The position numbers and the translations under genes are program-made. The notes under the pieces were generated by a model that saw nothing but the letters and a program-made list of their open reading frames with translations, was not told the DNA's origin and did not search any database. A stretch of 60,433 nt of DNA, filler included, from Methanobacteriota archaeon (GTDB taxonomy: Archaea > JACRDV01), in the NCBI GenBank assembly GCA_024860865.1. It is 9 parts of 9 records of this genome, joined end to end, with 100 filler letters (N's around TTAATTAATTAA, not from the genome) between each part and the next. Parts side by side here need not be neighbours in the genome. Positions count along the whole stretch, not along the records: positions 4,922 to 9,838 come from JACRDV010000041.1; positions 9,939 to 17,208 come from JACRDV010000044.1; positions 17,309 to 24,026 come from JACRDV010000005.1; 6 more parts are not named here. One strand, 5' to 3'. This document shows positions 9,598-20,112 of the stretch, one piece after another. Every line of letters begins with the position of its first letter. Positions within the stretch are counted from its first letter, which is position 1.

Positions 9598-9781
9598 ACT
9601 ATGCTTCCACTTGTATCCACGTTTTTTAAGACTACTGGCAGTATCAAAGGCTAAAAAATTTACTTTTTTATTTTTTATATAACTTTTTCATTTTTCTATT
9701 TCCTCATTTTTAAAAAGTTCGAGGTGCTAAATAAAAAAGTCCAGATTCCTCCGCCTTCAATTCCCTAAGCATCCTTCTGCC

Positions 9782-9838
9782 TTCGGCTGCGACATAGGCT
9801 ACGAGTATGTGAAGATAAATGCGGAGTACACGACATGA
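9782..9838 (+). pseudogene. argJ: Isolated 3' end of ornithine acetyltransferase ArgJ
   Basis: FGCDIGYEYVKINAEYTT* matches the ArgJ C-terminal signature; upstream codons do not. Confidence 0.7.
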
Positions 9839-9938
9839 NNNNNNNNNNNNNNNNNNNNNNNNNNNNNNNNNNNNNNNNNNNNTTAATTAATTAANNNNNN
9901 NNNNNNNNNNNNNNNNNNNNNNNNNNNNNNNNNNNNNN

Positions 9939-10430
9939 TGCTCCAATTATGAAATATTTCATTGCACTTTCTAGCGATCTCGGATCCTTTTTATTAAAGC
10001 CGGCCAGCACATAGGTAGATAGACTAGCTAACTCCAATCCCACGTACAAGGATATTAGGTCATTAGCCAATGCCACTATCATCATACCGGTAGTTGCAAA
10101 CAATAAGAGCGAGTAGTATTCATCCTGATTCGGATTGTCTTTATAATACTTTAATGAGGATATCGCCACAATTATTGCAACACTTAAGAATATAAGATTG
10201 AAAAATTGCCCAAAGCTATCAACTATTAGTGTATTGTAAATAGGATTGCCAAGAAAAACTTCTTTCACGTTTAAAGTGTTTAACGTTAATACCAAGGCAA
10301 CTGTTAATGCAAAAATTGAAAAATATCCTAAGCTCCTTTTCTGTTCTGTCTTTAAAAATAATCCAACGAGAATTATGATTATAGCCACACTAACTAATAC
10401 TAGCTCTGGTGCCAATAAGAAGTAATTCAA
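9939..10430 (-). CDS. nuoN: Complex I/Fpo-like subunit N (5' part, cut by gap)
   Basis: PELVL, GLELASLSTYVL, SLESAMKYFIIGA. Confidence 0.92.
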
Positions 10431-11959
10431 AGCTGTATTCCCCCAATTGGTAAAATGCTAGTGAGACTCCCAGCAGTTGAACGCATGATATTGAATAAAG
10501 GCGTTGGATAAATACCAAGTGCAAGTATTAACAGTATCCATATCAATAGCGCTGTGAGCTCATACCAAGTTGCCTCTGTGATATCTCCAAGATATTCATT
10601 ATACGGCCCGAACATCGCCCTTTGTAGCGCCCATAAGTGATATGCAGCGGTGAGCGGAATGCTAATGATTGCAATAATTACAAAATAAGGTAATTGTGGA
10701 TAAGATCCGGCCAATACTGAAAACTCTGCAACAAAGCCGCTCATCCCCGGTAATCCCATTGAAGCAAAGAAACCTGCAACCATTAAGAACGTAAACTTTG
10801 GCATCTTTTTAGCTAGCCCACCTAAATCCTGGATTATCCTTGTGCCAGTATGGTGCTCAATAACTCCACATGAACCAAACAAGACTGAAGTTATTATTCC
10901 GTGTGAAAACAATTGGAACATCGCCCCGGATTGCGCAAAAATTCTCGGAATCTCATGCCCAGCTGCGATGGAAGCTGCAACCCCCAGGGATATGAATCCC
11001 ATATGACCGATACTCGAGAATGCCACTAGCTTCTTTAAATCAGGCTGTGCCAGCGCTGCAAGTGGGCTATATAATATGCTGACTAACCCAAATATTGCTA
11101 TGGCATAGACAAAAAAATGATGAGCGTTTGGAATCATTGGAATTAAAAATCTAAAGAGCCCATAGCCGCCCATTTTTAGTAAAACGCCTGCCAAGAGTAT
11201 GGAGCCAATCGTTGGAGCTTCCACATGTGCATCCGGTAGCCATGTGTGAAATGGAACTGCCGGCATCTTGATTAAGAAGCTAAACAGCAATGAAGCGAAT
11301 ATGAAGTCCTTCCAAATCCCTTGTAATGGTATTGTGCTGTAGGCTGAAAGCAAAGTTACCATATCAAAAGTGTAAATACCAGTAGCTTTTCCATGGAAAT
11401 GGTACATCGCAAATATTCCTAAAAGCATAATTACGCTGCCGACATGTGTGTATATTATGAACTTTATTGCTGAGTAATCTTTCCTCGGTCCTCCCCATAT
11501 CCCAATAAAGAAGAACATTGGTATTAGCACGAGTTCCCAGAATATGAAAAATAAGAAAAAGTCAAGTGAAACAAAAACACCTGTTAAAGCAAAGTTCATA
11601 AGCAAAAGGATACCGAAAAATTCATTTGGTCTGTGCTTCTCGCCCCATGCATAGATTGCACAAAGAGCTGAAACAAGCACGGTTAATAAAACCATTGGTA
11701 AACCAATACCATCAACACCAACATGATAGCTAATGCCTATAGATGGTATCCAATTGTAAAATTCCTTGAAATTGTTCAAACCCTTTGAGGGATCATAGTT
11801 CAGAAACATAATTGTTGCTAATCCAAGTGCAATCCAGGATGCTGTCACTGCTACTATTCTAGCTTGCTCCCTAGTTCTTGTCAGAAATGCTATTATTGAA
11901 CCGATTAATAGTATTGACAATATAGCCGAAATATACATACTCACACTCCAAAGTACCAA
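10427..11959 (-). CDS. nuoM: Complex I/Fpo-like subunit M
   Basis: FFIFWELVLIPM, PFHTWLPDAHVEAPT, LLKMGGYG. Confidence 0.95.
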   Translation of the reverse strand: MVLWSVSMYISAILSILLIGSIIAFLTRTREQARIVAVTASWIALGLATIMFLNYDPSKGLNNFKEFYNWIPSIGISYHVGVDGIGLPMVLLTVLVSALCAIYAWGEKHRPNEFFGILLLMNFALTGVFVSLDFFLFFIFWELVLIPMFFFIGIWGGPRKDYSAIKFIIYTHVGSVIMLLGIFAMYHFHGKATGIYTFDMVTLLSAYSTIPLQGIWKDFIFASLLFSFLIKMPAVPFHTWLPDAHVEAPTIGSILLAGVLLKMGGYGLFRFLIPMIPNAHHFFVYAIAIFGLVSILYSPLAALAQPDLKKLVAFSSIGHMGFISLGVAASIAAGHEIPRIFAQSGAMFQLFSHGIITSVLFGSCGVIEHHTGTRIIQDLGGLAKKMPKFTFLMVAGFFASMGLPGMSGFVAEFSVLAGSYPQLPYFVIIAIISIPLTAAYHLWALQRAMFGPYNEYLGDITEATWYELTALLIWILLILALGIYPTPLFNIMRSTAGSLTSILPIGGIQL

Positions 11960-13938
11960 ATCACAGTTAATAACAACACTATGCCAAGAAGGATTACGGT
12001 TGCATAATTCTGAACAACGCCAGTTTGTACCCTTCTTATAACGGTTCCAGATTTAACAGTCAGCCAAGAAATGCCGTTAACTACTCCATCGATCACATAG
12101 AGATCAAAAACATCCCAAAGTATCACTAAAGTTATTATGAACTTCTCAGCTACCAAATTCCTATAAACATAATCTAGGTGGTATTTATTCCAAACAATTT
12201 TATAAATCGGATTTCCTTTTTTAATGTACTTCCCAACATCTACGCGGTTATTGAAGTATATGTAGCCTGCAATTCCAATACCGAGAAAAACAAAAACAGT
12301 TGGGAGCAATTCAATATACAAGGGAGTCTCAACATGCTCAAGACCATAAGGATTTCCTCCCATCTTTGCTAAATGCTCGAAGTTAAGAGCTGACATGTAT
12401 GCTGTAGTTGTAGTGAATGTGGTCGAGAGGAAATCATAGAACTTTGTTTGGGTTAAAATTCCAAATATCAATGAACATGCTGCTAATATTATTAAAGGCA
12501 TGATCATGCTGGATATCGGTTTAGGCTCATGCGCATGCTCGGCTAAATAAGTCTTTGGTTTTCCAGTAAATGCTAAAAAATACATTCTAAATGTATAAGT
12601 CGCAGTAAGAAACACCCCAAAGATTAAAAAGATCCATGGAAGGTAATGTACTAAGCCACCTGTTTTACTTGCTATTTCACCGTACTCATATGCTGACTCT
12701 ATAATCTTGTCTTTGCTATAGAACCCGCTAGTGAGTGGAAAGCCTGCAAGAGTAAGTGCTCCTATAAGCATTGTTATTGAAGTAATGCGCATTTTATCTC
12801 GCAATCCGCCCATTTCTTTTATGCTTCTAATATTCCAAAGACCGTGAAGAATACAACCCGCGCCAAGGAATAACAACGCTTTGAAGAAAGCATGGCTAAT
12901 TAAGTGGAATATCGAGTAGCCAACTGCATAAGCACCGATTGCTGCTCCAACACCAAGCATGCAAAGCATGTATCCAAGCTGACTTATTGTTGAATAAGCC
13001 AAAACCCTCTTCAAATCATTAACAACCAAACCCATAGTTGCTGTCAATAATGCTGTGAATCCACCAACAATTGCTACAACCCACAATGCATTGGGTGCAG
13101 CCATGAATATCGGAAAAGTTCTTGCAACTAGATAAATTCCAGCGGTAACCATTGTTGCAGCATGGATTAATGCAGAGACTGTAGTTGGACCCTCCATAGC
13201 ATCTGGTATCCATCCGTGCAATGGGAATTGAGCGCTCTTACCACAGACCCCGGCAAGAGTTAGCAAAGATACTAATGTTAACATTGGAGGAGGTATAACC
13301 CCTGTCTCTAAACTTGAGAAAATTTGAGAGAAAGTTATAGGTTCAGTTATGCCTGGAGCTGAAAACATGTAGTTGTATACGATAACAATTCCTAGCAGGA
13401 ACAATGAGTCCCCTACTACACAAAACATCCATGCTTTTTTAGCCGCTGCAGCTGCCTCCGGTTTATACCACCAGAAACCTATTAGCAGGTAAGAACAAAG
13501 TCCTACAAGTTCCCAAAACAAGAATAGTTGTATAAAATTGTTTGAGAGCACTAACCCAAGCATTGCGCCAGTAAATAGAGCAGTCTCACCAAAGTATAGA
13601 AACTTGTCTGGATCTTCTCCCATGTAACCTATTGCAAATATGTGAATGAGCAACCCAACAAAAGAGACCATGCATACCATTACAATGGAGAGAGGGTCCA
13701 CCACTATACCAAATACAATACCGGGATAAAACCAATTCCAAGATTTCTCGTAAAATGACATGCCTTGAAAGTATACATTGTAAAGTATCCCCAATGAAAT
13801 AATAAGTGATCCAAAAATTGTTAGATTTGCAAACATTCCCCCCCTTCTCCAAGAATACTTCCCAAAGAGGAGGCACAAGAGGAATCCTAAAATTGGTAGA
13901 ATTGGAATTAAATATGCAAAAGGTCTGAAATCGATCAT
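11941..13938 (-). CDS. nuoL: Complex I/Fpo-like subunit L
   Basis: GKSAQFPLHGWIPDAMEGPTTVSALIHAATMV, HAFFKALLFL. Confidence 0.96.
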   Translation of the reverse strand: MIDFRPFAYLIPILPILGFLLCLLFGKYSWRRGGMFANLTIFGSLIISLGILYNVYFQGMSFYEKSWNWFYPGIVFGIVVDPLSIVMVCMVSFVGLLIHIFAIGYMGEDPDKFLYFGETALFTGAMLGLVLSNNFIQLFLFWELVGLCSYLLIGFWWYKPEAAAAAKKAWMFCVVGDSLFLLGIVIVYNYMFSAPGITEPITFSQIFSSLETGVIPPPMLTLVSLLTLAGVCGKSAQFPLHGWIPDAMEGPTTVSALIHAATMVTAGIYLVARTFPIFMAAPNALWVVAIVGGFTALLTATMGLVVNDLKRVLAYSTISQLGYMLCMLGVGAAIGAYAVGYSIFHLISHAFFKALLFLGAGCILHGLWNIRSIKEMGGLRDKMRITSITMLIGALTLAGFPLTSGFYSKDKIIESAYEYGEIASKTGGLVHYLPWIFLIFGVFLTATYTFRMYFLAFTGKPKTYLAEHAHEPKPISSMIMPLIILAACSLIFGILTQTKFYDFLSTTFTTTTAYMSALNFEHLAKMGGNPYGLEHVETPLYIELLPTVFVFLGIGIAGYIYFNNRVDVGKYIKKGNPIYKIVWNKYHLDYVYRNLVAEKFIITLVILWDVFDLYVIDGVVNGISWLTVKSGTVIRRVQTGVVQNYATVILLGIVLLLTVIWYFGV

Positions 13939-13939
13939 T

Positions 13940-14248
13940 TTACCACTTCAACGTAGCTATCTTTTCTAAATCTATGTCTTTATACGCCCTGTAAATGCCG
14001 ATAAATATCGCAAGCCCTACTGCTGCTTCTGCAGCTGCAACGGAAATGGTAAATGTCACAAATACTTGCCCAGTTAAACTAAAAGGAGTATTATATGATG
14101 AAAAGGCCACCAAATTTATGTTAGCAGAATTTAGCATTATTTCAATTGACATCAGCATTCTAATTGCATTTCTTTTCGAAATAACTCCATAGGCACCAAT
14201 GCTGAACAATATTGCTGAAAGCAGTAGATAATATTCTAATGGTATCAT
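13940..14248 (-). CDS. nuoK: Complex I/Fpo-like subunit K
   Basis: LMSIEIMLNSANIN, AAAEAAVGLAI. Confidence 0.95.
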   Translation of the reverse strand: MIPLEYYLLLSAILFSIGAYGVISKRNAIRMLMSIEIMLNSANINLVAFSSYNTPFSLTGQVFVTFTISVAAAEAAVGLAIFIGIYRAYKDIDLEKIATLKW

Positions 14249-14478
14249 TTTGAAGTCTCTCTCTTTGCTAGAAAAATTGCTCCAATCATAGCAGCAAGCA
14301 AAACTATCGAAAGTATCTCAAACGGAACAACATAATTTGTGAAAAGTAACTCTCCTATTAATGGAGTGGATACTACTTGATTTTCTAATGGAATTTCAGT
14401 AGGCCATTCTACTTGGGTGAGAAATAGCGCTAATAAAGCTAGAAAAAGAACAAATGTGATATATTCTAATACTTTCAC
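14245..14478 (-). CDS. nuoJ: Subunit J, C-terminal half (J2)
   Basis: IGELLFTNYVVPFEILSIVLLAAMIGAI. Confidence 0.88.
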   Translation of the reverse strand: MKVLEYITFVLFLALLALFLTQVEWPTEIPLENQVVSTPLIGELLFTNYVVPFEILSIVLLAAMIGAIFLAKRETSK

Positions 14479-14723
14479 TTAGCTTCTCCTCTTTTTGTTA
14501 ACATTATTGCAAATAATATTAGCACAATCACGGCTCCGGCGTATATCAGTATCTGAATAGCAGCAAGAAATTCAGCATTCAACAAAATGAATAAACCCGC
14601 AACACAAACAAACATTAAAGCTAGGTAAAGTGCGCTATGAAAAATTTCTTTAGACTCTAAAACAAGGATAGAGGATACTATCGCCGTCAAGCCCAATACT
14701 AGAAATGCTAAAAGATCGAACAA
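14475..14723 (-). CDS. nuoJ: Subunit J, N-terminal half (J1)
   Basis: HSALYL, LNAEFLAAIQILIYAGAVIVLILFAIML. Confidence 0.9.
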   Translation of the reverse strand: MFDLLAFLVLGLTAIVSSILVLESKEIFHSALYLALMFVCVAGLFILLNAEFLAAIQILIYAGAVIVLILFAIMLTKRGEAK

Positions 14724-15094
14724 AGTTTTTCACTTTTTAAAATTTTGCATTGAGGATTAACACATAGCTCGCAAAATGTATATCTCTATGTGCTTTTTTC
14801 TTCAAATTTGATAATTCTTTGAACCATAAACCGTCACCAGCTAACTATCTCTAGATTGATACTGAAAAGGGGACTTTCTAAGCCTAGGAAGCCCTAGAAA
14901 GCCTACTAGCAAGAAGAAATCAAATAGCTGATTAATAAAACTATCGCTAGAATTCTAGAATTAATTTAATTATAAAAAATTTATAAAAAATTAGTTATTA
15001 AAAAATATGAGTTTCCAACTATTTTTTAGAATTAAAGTACAGACTTAATCCCTTTTGAAGAACTAAAATTTTCGTAAACCTCTCACAAATTACT

Positions 15095-15952
15095 CTACAT
15101 AGGTTTTTCTTGTGCCTCAGCGACTTTAGCTATTTCCGGCTCAGCTATTTCTGCTTTTACCTCTTCTACTCTTTTTATTTCTGGCATAATTTTTTCAACT
15201 GTACATTTAGTATAATAGTCAAAAAATCGGAGATAACCATATCTCGCGTAAAATAGTAATCCAAGAATCATATCTAGTGGCAAAAGAAATGCTTTACCGA
15301 TATTCCTGACTGCTGAATCTAAAATTTTTATCTTTTCCCCACTAACCTTTACGCACCTAATCCTAAACACATGCTTTCCCAGGGTCTGGCCTTTGTATGC
15401 ATCTAAGACAGTGAAATATCCATAACTAGCTAAAAACATCGTAGAGTATGAGGCAACCGTTTCATAGGTTGCATTTATTATTGGAGAGAGATCACCCGAA
15501 GCCAGTAACCAGAAATTCTTATCTAAAAACAATCCAGTGGATAAAAATAAAATGAGAGCATCTAAAGCAAAAGCTAGAATTCGCCGAGATATGATATCAA
15601 GGCTAAGAGGTTTCCCTATTTCTTTCAATCGTTCTTCTTTTAAGCCTATTAAGTGGAGTTTCTTATTAGCATCACAAACAATTTCGTGAGCGATTTTCCC
15701 GCACTCTGATAAAACGTAGGTACCCGAATTTGTTGGTCTAATAAATCTTTTAATTTTTCTTAAATGAAAGTTGAGCAATCCGCTGTCTATCTTCAGTGCG
15801 TCTAAAATTTCAGAATAAGACATCTCGATATTCTCATACAACAATTGAATAATCTTCATACGAATTTCATGGCTAAGTACATCAAAAATATCGGCAACGT
15901 CACAGCAAGGCATTTGTTGCGTTTTATTAGTATTACTCATCAAATTTCCCAT
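15095..15952 (-). CDS. ArsR-like winged-HTH fused to an RDD membrane domain
   Basis: LSHEIRMKII...GLLNFHLRKI HTH; RRILAFALD and GQTLGK RDD motifs. Confidence 0.8.
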   Translation of the reverse strand: MGNLMSNTNKTQQMPCCDVADIFDVLSHEIRMKIIQLLYENIEMSYSEILDALKIDSGLLNFHLRKIKRFIRPTNSGTYVLSECGKIAHEIVCDANKKLHLIGLKEERLKEIGKPLSLDIISRRILAFALDALILFLSTGLFLDKNFWLLASGDLSPIINATYETVASYSTMFLASYGYFTVLDAYKGQTLGKHVFRIRCVKVSGEKIKILDSAVRNIGKAFLLPLDMILGLLFYARYGYLRFFDYYTKCTVEKIMPEIKRVEEVKAEIAEPEIAKVAEAQEKPM

Positions 15953-15962
15953 ATTATTTTTG

Positions 15963-17041
15963 CTAAGATAGGTAAAAAGGTTTTGCAATTTTTCTTTTTT
16001 GTTTAAGTGCCCATCTATTATGCTTTATATCGCATTTTAAGGTCTGACTTTTGCTATTGAAATACTCGACATATCTAGCTATTGCTTCCTCAAGCTCTTT
16101 TTTACTTTTATAGTTGCTGTTGTTTATAACATCCCTTTGAAGTGCTGAGAAAAATTGCTCGATTCTATTCAACCATGGAGTATTTGTTGGAAGATATACT
16201 AGCTCAATTTTTCCATCTTTTTCAACAAATTCTTTAAAAGCTTTAGATCTATGAACAGACCAGTTGTCAAGGATCAAGTATATCTTTTCTTCAGTTTCTT
16301 TCCTAACTTCTTTTAAAAAATCAATCGCTTCAATGGAAGTTTTTCTTTCATAGCACTTTGAAAGAACTTTTTTAGAATGAGGATTGAAAACTGATAAGAG
16401 CTCTGAAGTCTCTTTTACTTCTTGCCTTTCTAGAACTTTTCTTCTCTCTTTGCTCCAGCTTTCGCCTCCATATTCTTTTATTGCAATTGTTCCCTTTTCA
16501 TCGAAGCAAAGGACAGCTCCATCCTCTGGCTTTCTTTCATAGAGCTCAATAACTCTGTTTTTTTTATCTCATAGTTTGGGTCATTGCTTTTCAGCCATTT
16601 CTTCGCTTTTTTGTACTCTATTTCATTTTTCCTTAGGATTCTCCTAATTGTCTCGTTGCAAATCCTCCTAACGATTTTTTTCTCTTTTAAATAGCTTTGA
16701 AGCTTTTCTAAGCTCCAAGTGTTGTAAGGCAGTCCTAGATCAGAAGGTTTTGAAGTTGCTATTCTAACTATTTCCTGCTCTTGCTCTTTTGTGAAGTTTC
16801 CTTTTTTAGTTTTTGGCCATTTTGTAAAAAGACCTTCAACTCCTCTCTCATTGAACCTTTTTATCCACTTTCTAATTGCACAAGGGTGCATGTCAACCTT
16901 TGGATTTATTTCAACTGGATTAAGCCCTTCTCTTGATAGCAAAATTATCTTTGCCCTTTTAGCTATGGCAACATCATTCGAATCTAATAGAGGGTAAAGC
17001 CGATTCAATTCTTCCTGAGAGATTTCTCTAACAAATAACAT
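15963..17041 (-). CDS. IS630 transposase, two overlapping frames joined by a -1 frameshift in a poly-A run (16558-16566)
   Basis: HTH orfA; -1 frame gives KKNRVIELY...LCFDEKG, ILDNWSVH, WLNRIEQFF (DDE). Confidence 0.9.
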
Positions 17042-17123
17042 TATACACCACCTCAAAAATAAATAGTAATGAAAATTTAAAAATCTGTGTCAGACGTTAG
17101 AAAAATTAACCTATTGCCTCTTA
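15964..17123 (-). mobile_element. IS630-family insertion sequence
   Basis: Split transposase; imperfect terminal inverted repeats (CTAAGA..GG.AA..AGGTT..AATTTTTC) with TA at 15964-65 and 17122-23; ends approximate. Confidence 0.8.
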
Positions 17124-17308
17124 GATGGTGCAGTTAAGGTTAAGAAAAAAAGGTTTTATTATAAAGTTATTGAAACCTATGGAACAATAGAAATAGCTGA
17201 TTTTGAAANNNNNNNNNNNNNNNNNNNNNNNNNNNNNNNNNNNNNNNNNNNNTTAATTAATTAANNNNNNNNNNNNNNNNNNNNNNNNNNNNNNNNNNNN
17301 NNNNNNNN

Positions 17309-17819
17309 ACCCTATGTTATTTCCTCTCCAATTACATTCAAAATTCTTGGGACGGAGTTCAATTTAGCAGTATTAACATATCAAAAAGAATTTGCGGAAA
17401 GGATGGTAGCAAAGCCTGGGACAAGTGAATATGGCAGATTGAGCGTTGGAGTTTATTACCGCGCAAGTGTAGAGCTGCTTGAAACAATCCCGCCAAGTGC
17501 TTTTTACCCTGAACCAAAGGTATATTCAACGATTGTAAGACTTCGACCGAAAACTCCTCCATTTAAAGTAATCGATGAAAAATTCTTTTTCAATGTGGTC
17601 AGAGCATTGTTTCAGCACAGAAGGAAAAAAGTAAACAATGCCTTGTTGGACTCATTTCACGAGATTGCTCCTGCTACAAAATGGCCAAAGCAAAAGATTA
17701 AAACTTTCTTGGAAGAAACTGTGAAACTTAATACCAGAGTTTTTCTTTTAAAGCCGGAGGAAATGGGCAATCTTTCAAACGTGCTTTACAATAGTTTAAA
17801 GACCACTTTAACAAATTAG
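17309..17819 (+). CDS. rsmA: 16S rRNA dimethyladenosine transferase (3' part)
   Basis: PYVISSPITF, YQKEFAERMVA, YGRLSV, FYPEPKVYS. Confidence 0.93.
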
Positions 17820-17832
17820 TTAGATAGAGAAC

Positions 17833-18420
17833 ATGCACAGAAAATTTGAATTTAAAGGAAAAACTTTCTTCCTTTTCCCACAAGTGTACTATCCAGCTGA
17901 AGATTCATTTTTGTTAGCTGAAAATTTAATCGTTGGAGAAAATGATAGAGTTCTTGATATCGGTACTGGCTGTGGACTACAGGCAATAATGGCCGCTGAA
18001 ATCTCAAAGCATGTTGTAGCGACAGATACCAATCCACATGCAATTGAAAATACAAAATACAATGCACATCTCAATAATGTAGAAATTGAAACTCGGTTGG
18101 GAGACTTATTTGAACCAATTAAAGAAAAATTTGACCTGATTATTTTCAATCCCCCGTATTTACCAAGTGAAAGCAATTCAGATAGTTTTGAAGAAAAAGC
18201 TTGGAACGGAGGACCAGAAGGAAGGTCAATACTCGACCGATTTTTAGGGCAGTTTTGTAACTATCTTAATCCTAATGGTCGAATCCAATTGGTTCAATCT
18301 TCTCTAACTAATATTGACCAGACTTTAAATAAATTAAAAGCACTAAATTTCAATACAGATGTTATCGCTCAAAAGAAGTTCTTTTTTGAAAAATTGGTCG
18401 TGATCAACGCTCAGAAGTGA
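17833..18420 (+). CDS. HemK2/Mtq2-like methyltransferase
   Basis: VYYPAEDSFLL, LDIGTGCG, FNPPYLP. Confidence 0.9.
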   Translation: MHRKFEFKGKTFFLFPQVYYPAEDSFLLAENLIVGENDRVLDIGTGCGLQAIMAAEISKHVVATDTNPHAIENTKYNAHLNNVEIETRLGDLFEPIKEKFDLIIFNPPYLPSESNSDSFEEKAWNGGPEGRSILDRFLGQFCNYLNPNGRIQLVQSSLTNIDQTLNKLKALNFNTDVIAQKKFFFEKLVVINAQK

Positions 18421-19400
18421 AAAAAATGCCTGCTAACTTGCCACCACAATGGTTCGTGGCCGAAGTAAGGTACAGAGAAGCAAAAACATTTCCAGAAAAA
18501 ATTCAAGCACTTGAAGAGCTCATTCGTCTTACACCCAAGCACAAGGGCAGTGAAAATTTACTTGCGCAGCTAAAGCGAAGGATGGCCAAACTTAAAGAGC
18601 AATCTGAGAAACAAAGATTTGTTGGAGCACATGGAGCGCCTGTTTTTAGCGTAAAAAAAGAGGGAGCAGCCCAGATAGTTTTAGTTGGGCCGGCGAATGT
18701 TGGCAAATCAAGCTTATTTAACAATTTAACTGCAGCCGAGTCTGAAGTTGCCGATTATCCTTTTACAACTACTAGACCAATCCCAGGTATGATGAGATTC
18801 GAAAACATTCAATTACAGCTAGTTGATACTCCTCCCATAGTTGATGGAGAAAAAAGCGGGCAAGTCTTTAGCTTAATTAGAAGTGCCGATGAAATTGCAA
18901 TTATAGTCGACTCTTTCGATCAAATTGATTTTTTAGTTAAAGAATTCGATAGAACGGGCATATTTTTAAATGAAAAACTGCCAGATTTCTTAGACCTTAA
19001 GGGGCAGGTCAGCAAGAAAGCAATAATCGTCTTAAACAAAGCAGACATAAAATCTTTCGATATAGAAAATATTTCACAGAAATATCCGAATTTCAAAATC
19101 ATTCCAGCTTCAGCCAAAACAAAAGCAAACTTAGAATTACTGAAACAAAACATCTTCCAAACATTAGAAATTATTCGAGTTTATACCAAATCACCAGGAA
19201 AAGAGCCCAACTACACCCAGCCTCTTGTCCTAAAGAAAGGCTCAACTATTTTCGATGCAGCAATTCTTATTCATAAGGATTTTGCTGAGAAATTGAAATT
19301 TGCTAAAGTTTGGGGAAATTCGGTTGAATTTCCTGGTAAACAAGTAAAAAGGGAGCATGTTCTTTTGGATGGCGATATAGTTGAATTCCATGTTAGATAA
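18417..19400 (+). CDS. DRG/OBG-family GTPase with TGS domain
   Basis: GPANVGKS, YPFTT, DTPP, NKAD, C-terminal TGS. Confidence 0.92.
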   Translation: MKKMPANLPPQWFVAEVRYREAKTFPEKIQALEELIRLTPKHKGSENLLAQLKRRMAKLKEQSEKQRFVGAHGAPVFSVKKEGAAQIVLVGPANVGKSSLFNNLTAAESEVADYPFTTTRPIPGMMRFENIQLQLVDTPPIVDGEKSGQVFSLIRSADEIAIIVDSFDQIDFLVKEFDRTGIFLNEKLPDFLDLKGQVSKKAIIVLNKADIKSFDIENISQKYPNFKIIPASAKTKANLELLKQNIFQTLEIIRVYTKSPGKEPNYTQPLVLKKGSTIFDAAILIHKDFAEKLKFAKVWGNSVEFPGKQVKREHVLLDGDIVEFHVR

Positions 19401-20112
19401 TATTAGGATTATTTTTGTTGAACCAGAGTATCAGGATAATATTGGATATCTTGCGCGCGTAATGAAGAACTTTGACTTGAAGGAATTAGTGCTAGTCAGT
19501 CCGAAAACCATTGTTGGTGAAGAAGCTTCGCTGAGAGCTGCTCATGCGCAGGACATACTCCAAAATTTAAAAATAATCTCTAGTTTTGAAGAGGCAATAA
19601 AAGATATGGATTTTGTAATTGGGACTACCAGCCGAATAGGAAACGAATCTACTTCTCCGAGACTCGCATTAATTCCTTCTGAATTTGTTGAAAAAATTCA
19701 AAAATTCTCAGGTAAAATTGCTTTGGTTTTCGGGCGGGAAAAACAAGGATTAACAAACAAAGAATTGACTCTATGCGATTCGGTTATCAGCATACCTGCT
19801 AGCAAGGATTATCCCACTTTGAACATCGCTCACACAGCTGCAATTCTTTTCTATGAGTTGTTCAAAGGTCAAATTTCACTTCCAAAGCCCAGGATTGCTT
19901 CAAAAGCAGAGAGAGAAGAATTAATAAGTGCGTTTGAGCGTATCTTAAAACTCGTAAATTACCCAATACATAAAAAAGAAATAGCGGTGTTGATATTTAG
20001 GCGTATTCTTAGCCGAGCAGTTCTAACTGGGCGAGAAACCTTTACAATAAGGGGCATTATTCGCCGAATTGAAAATAGCTTAAAGAAGGGGTTACATGGG
20101 GCTATTCGGTGA
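19390..20112 (+). CDS. trmJ: SPOUT tRNA methyltransferase TrmJ
   Basis: NIGYLARVMKNF, FGREKQGLTN, YPTLNIAH. Confidence 0.9.
   Translation: MLDNIRIIFVEPEYQDNIGYLARVMKNFDLKELVLVSPKTIVGEEASLRAAHAQDILQNLKIISSFEEAIKDMDFVIGTTSRIGNESTSPRLALIPSEFVEKIQKFSGKIALVFGREKQGLTNKELTLCDSVISIPASKDYPTLNIAHTAAILFYELFKGQISLPKPRIASKAEREELISAFERILKLVNYPIHKKEIAVLIFRRILSRAVLTGRETFTIRGIIRRIENSLKKGLHGAIR

Noticed and set aside
9598-9640. Degenerate SEC-C motif (GYKWKH) upstream of the 338-aa ORF
   Set aside because: Cysteines absent and similarity too weak
16550-16570. IS630 split as intron or pseudogene
   Set aside because: Typical poly-A -1 frameshift site of this family
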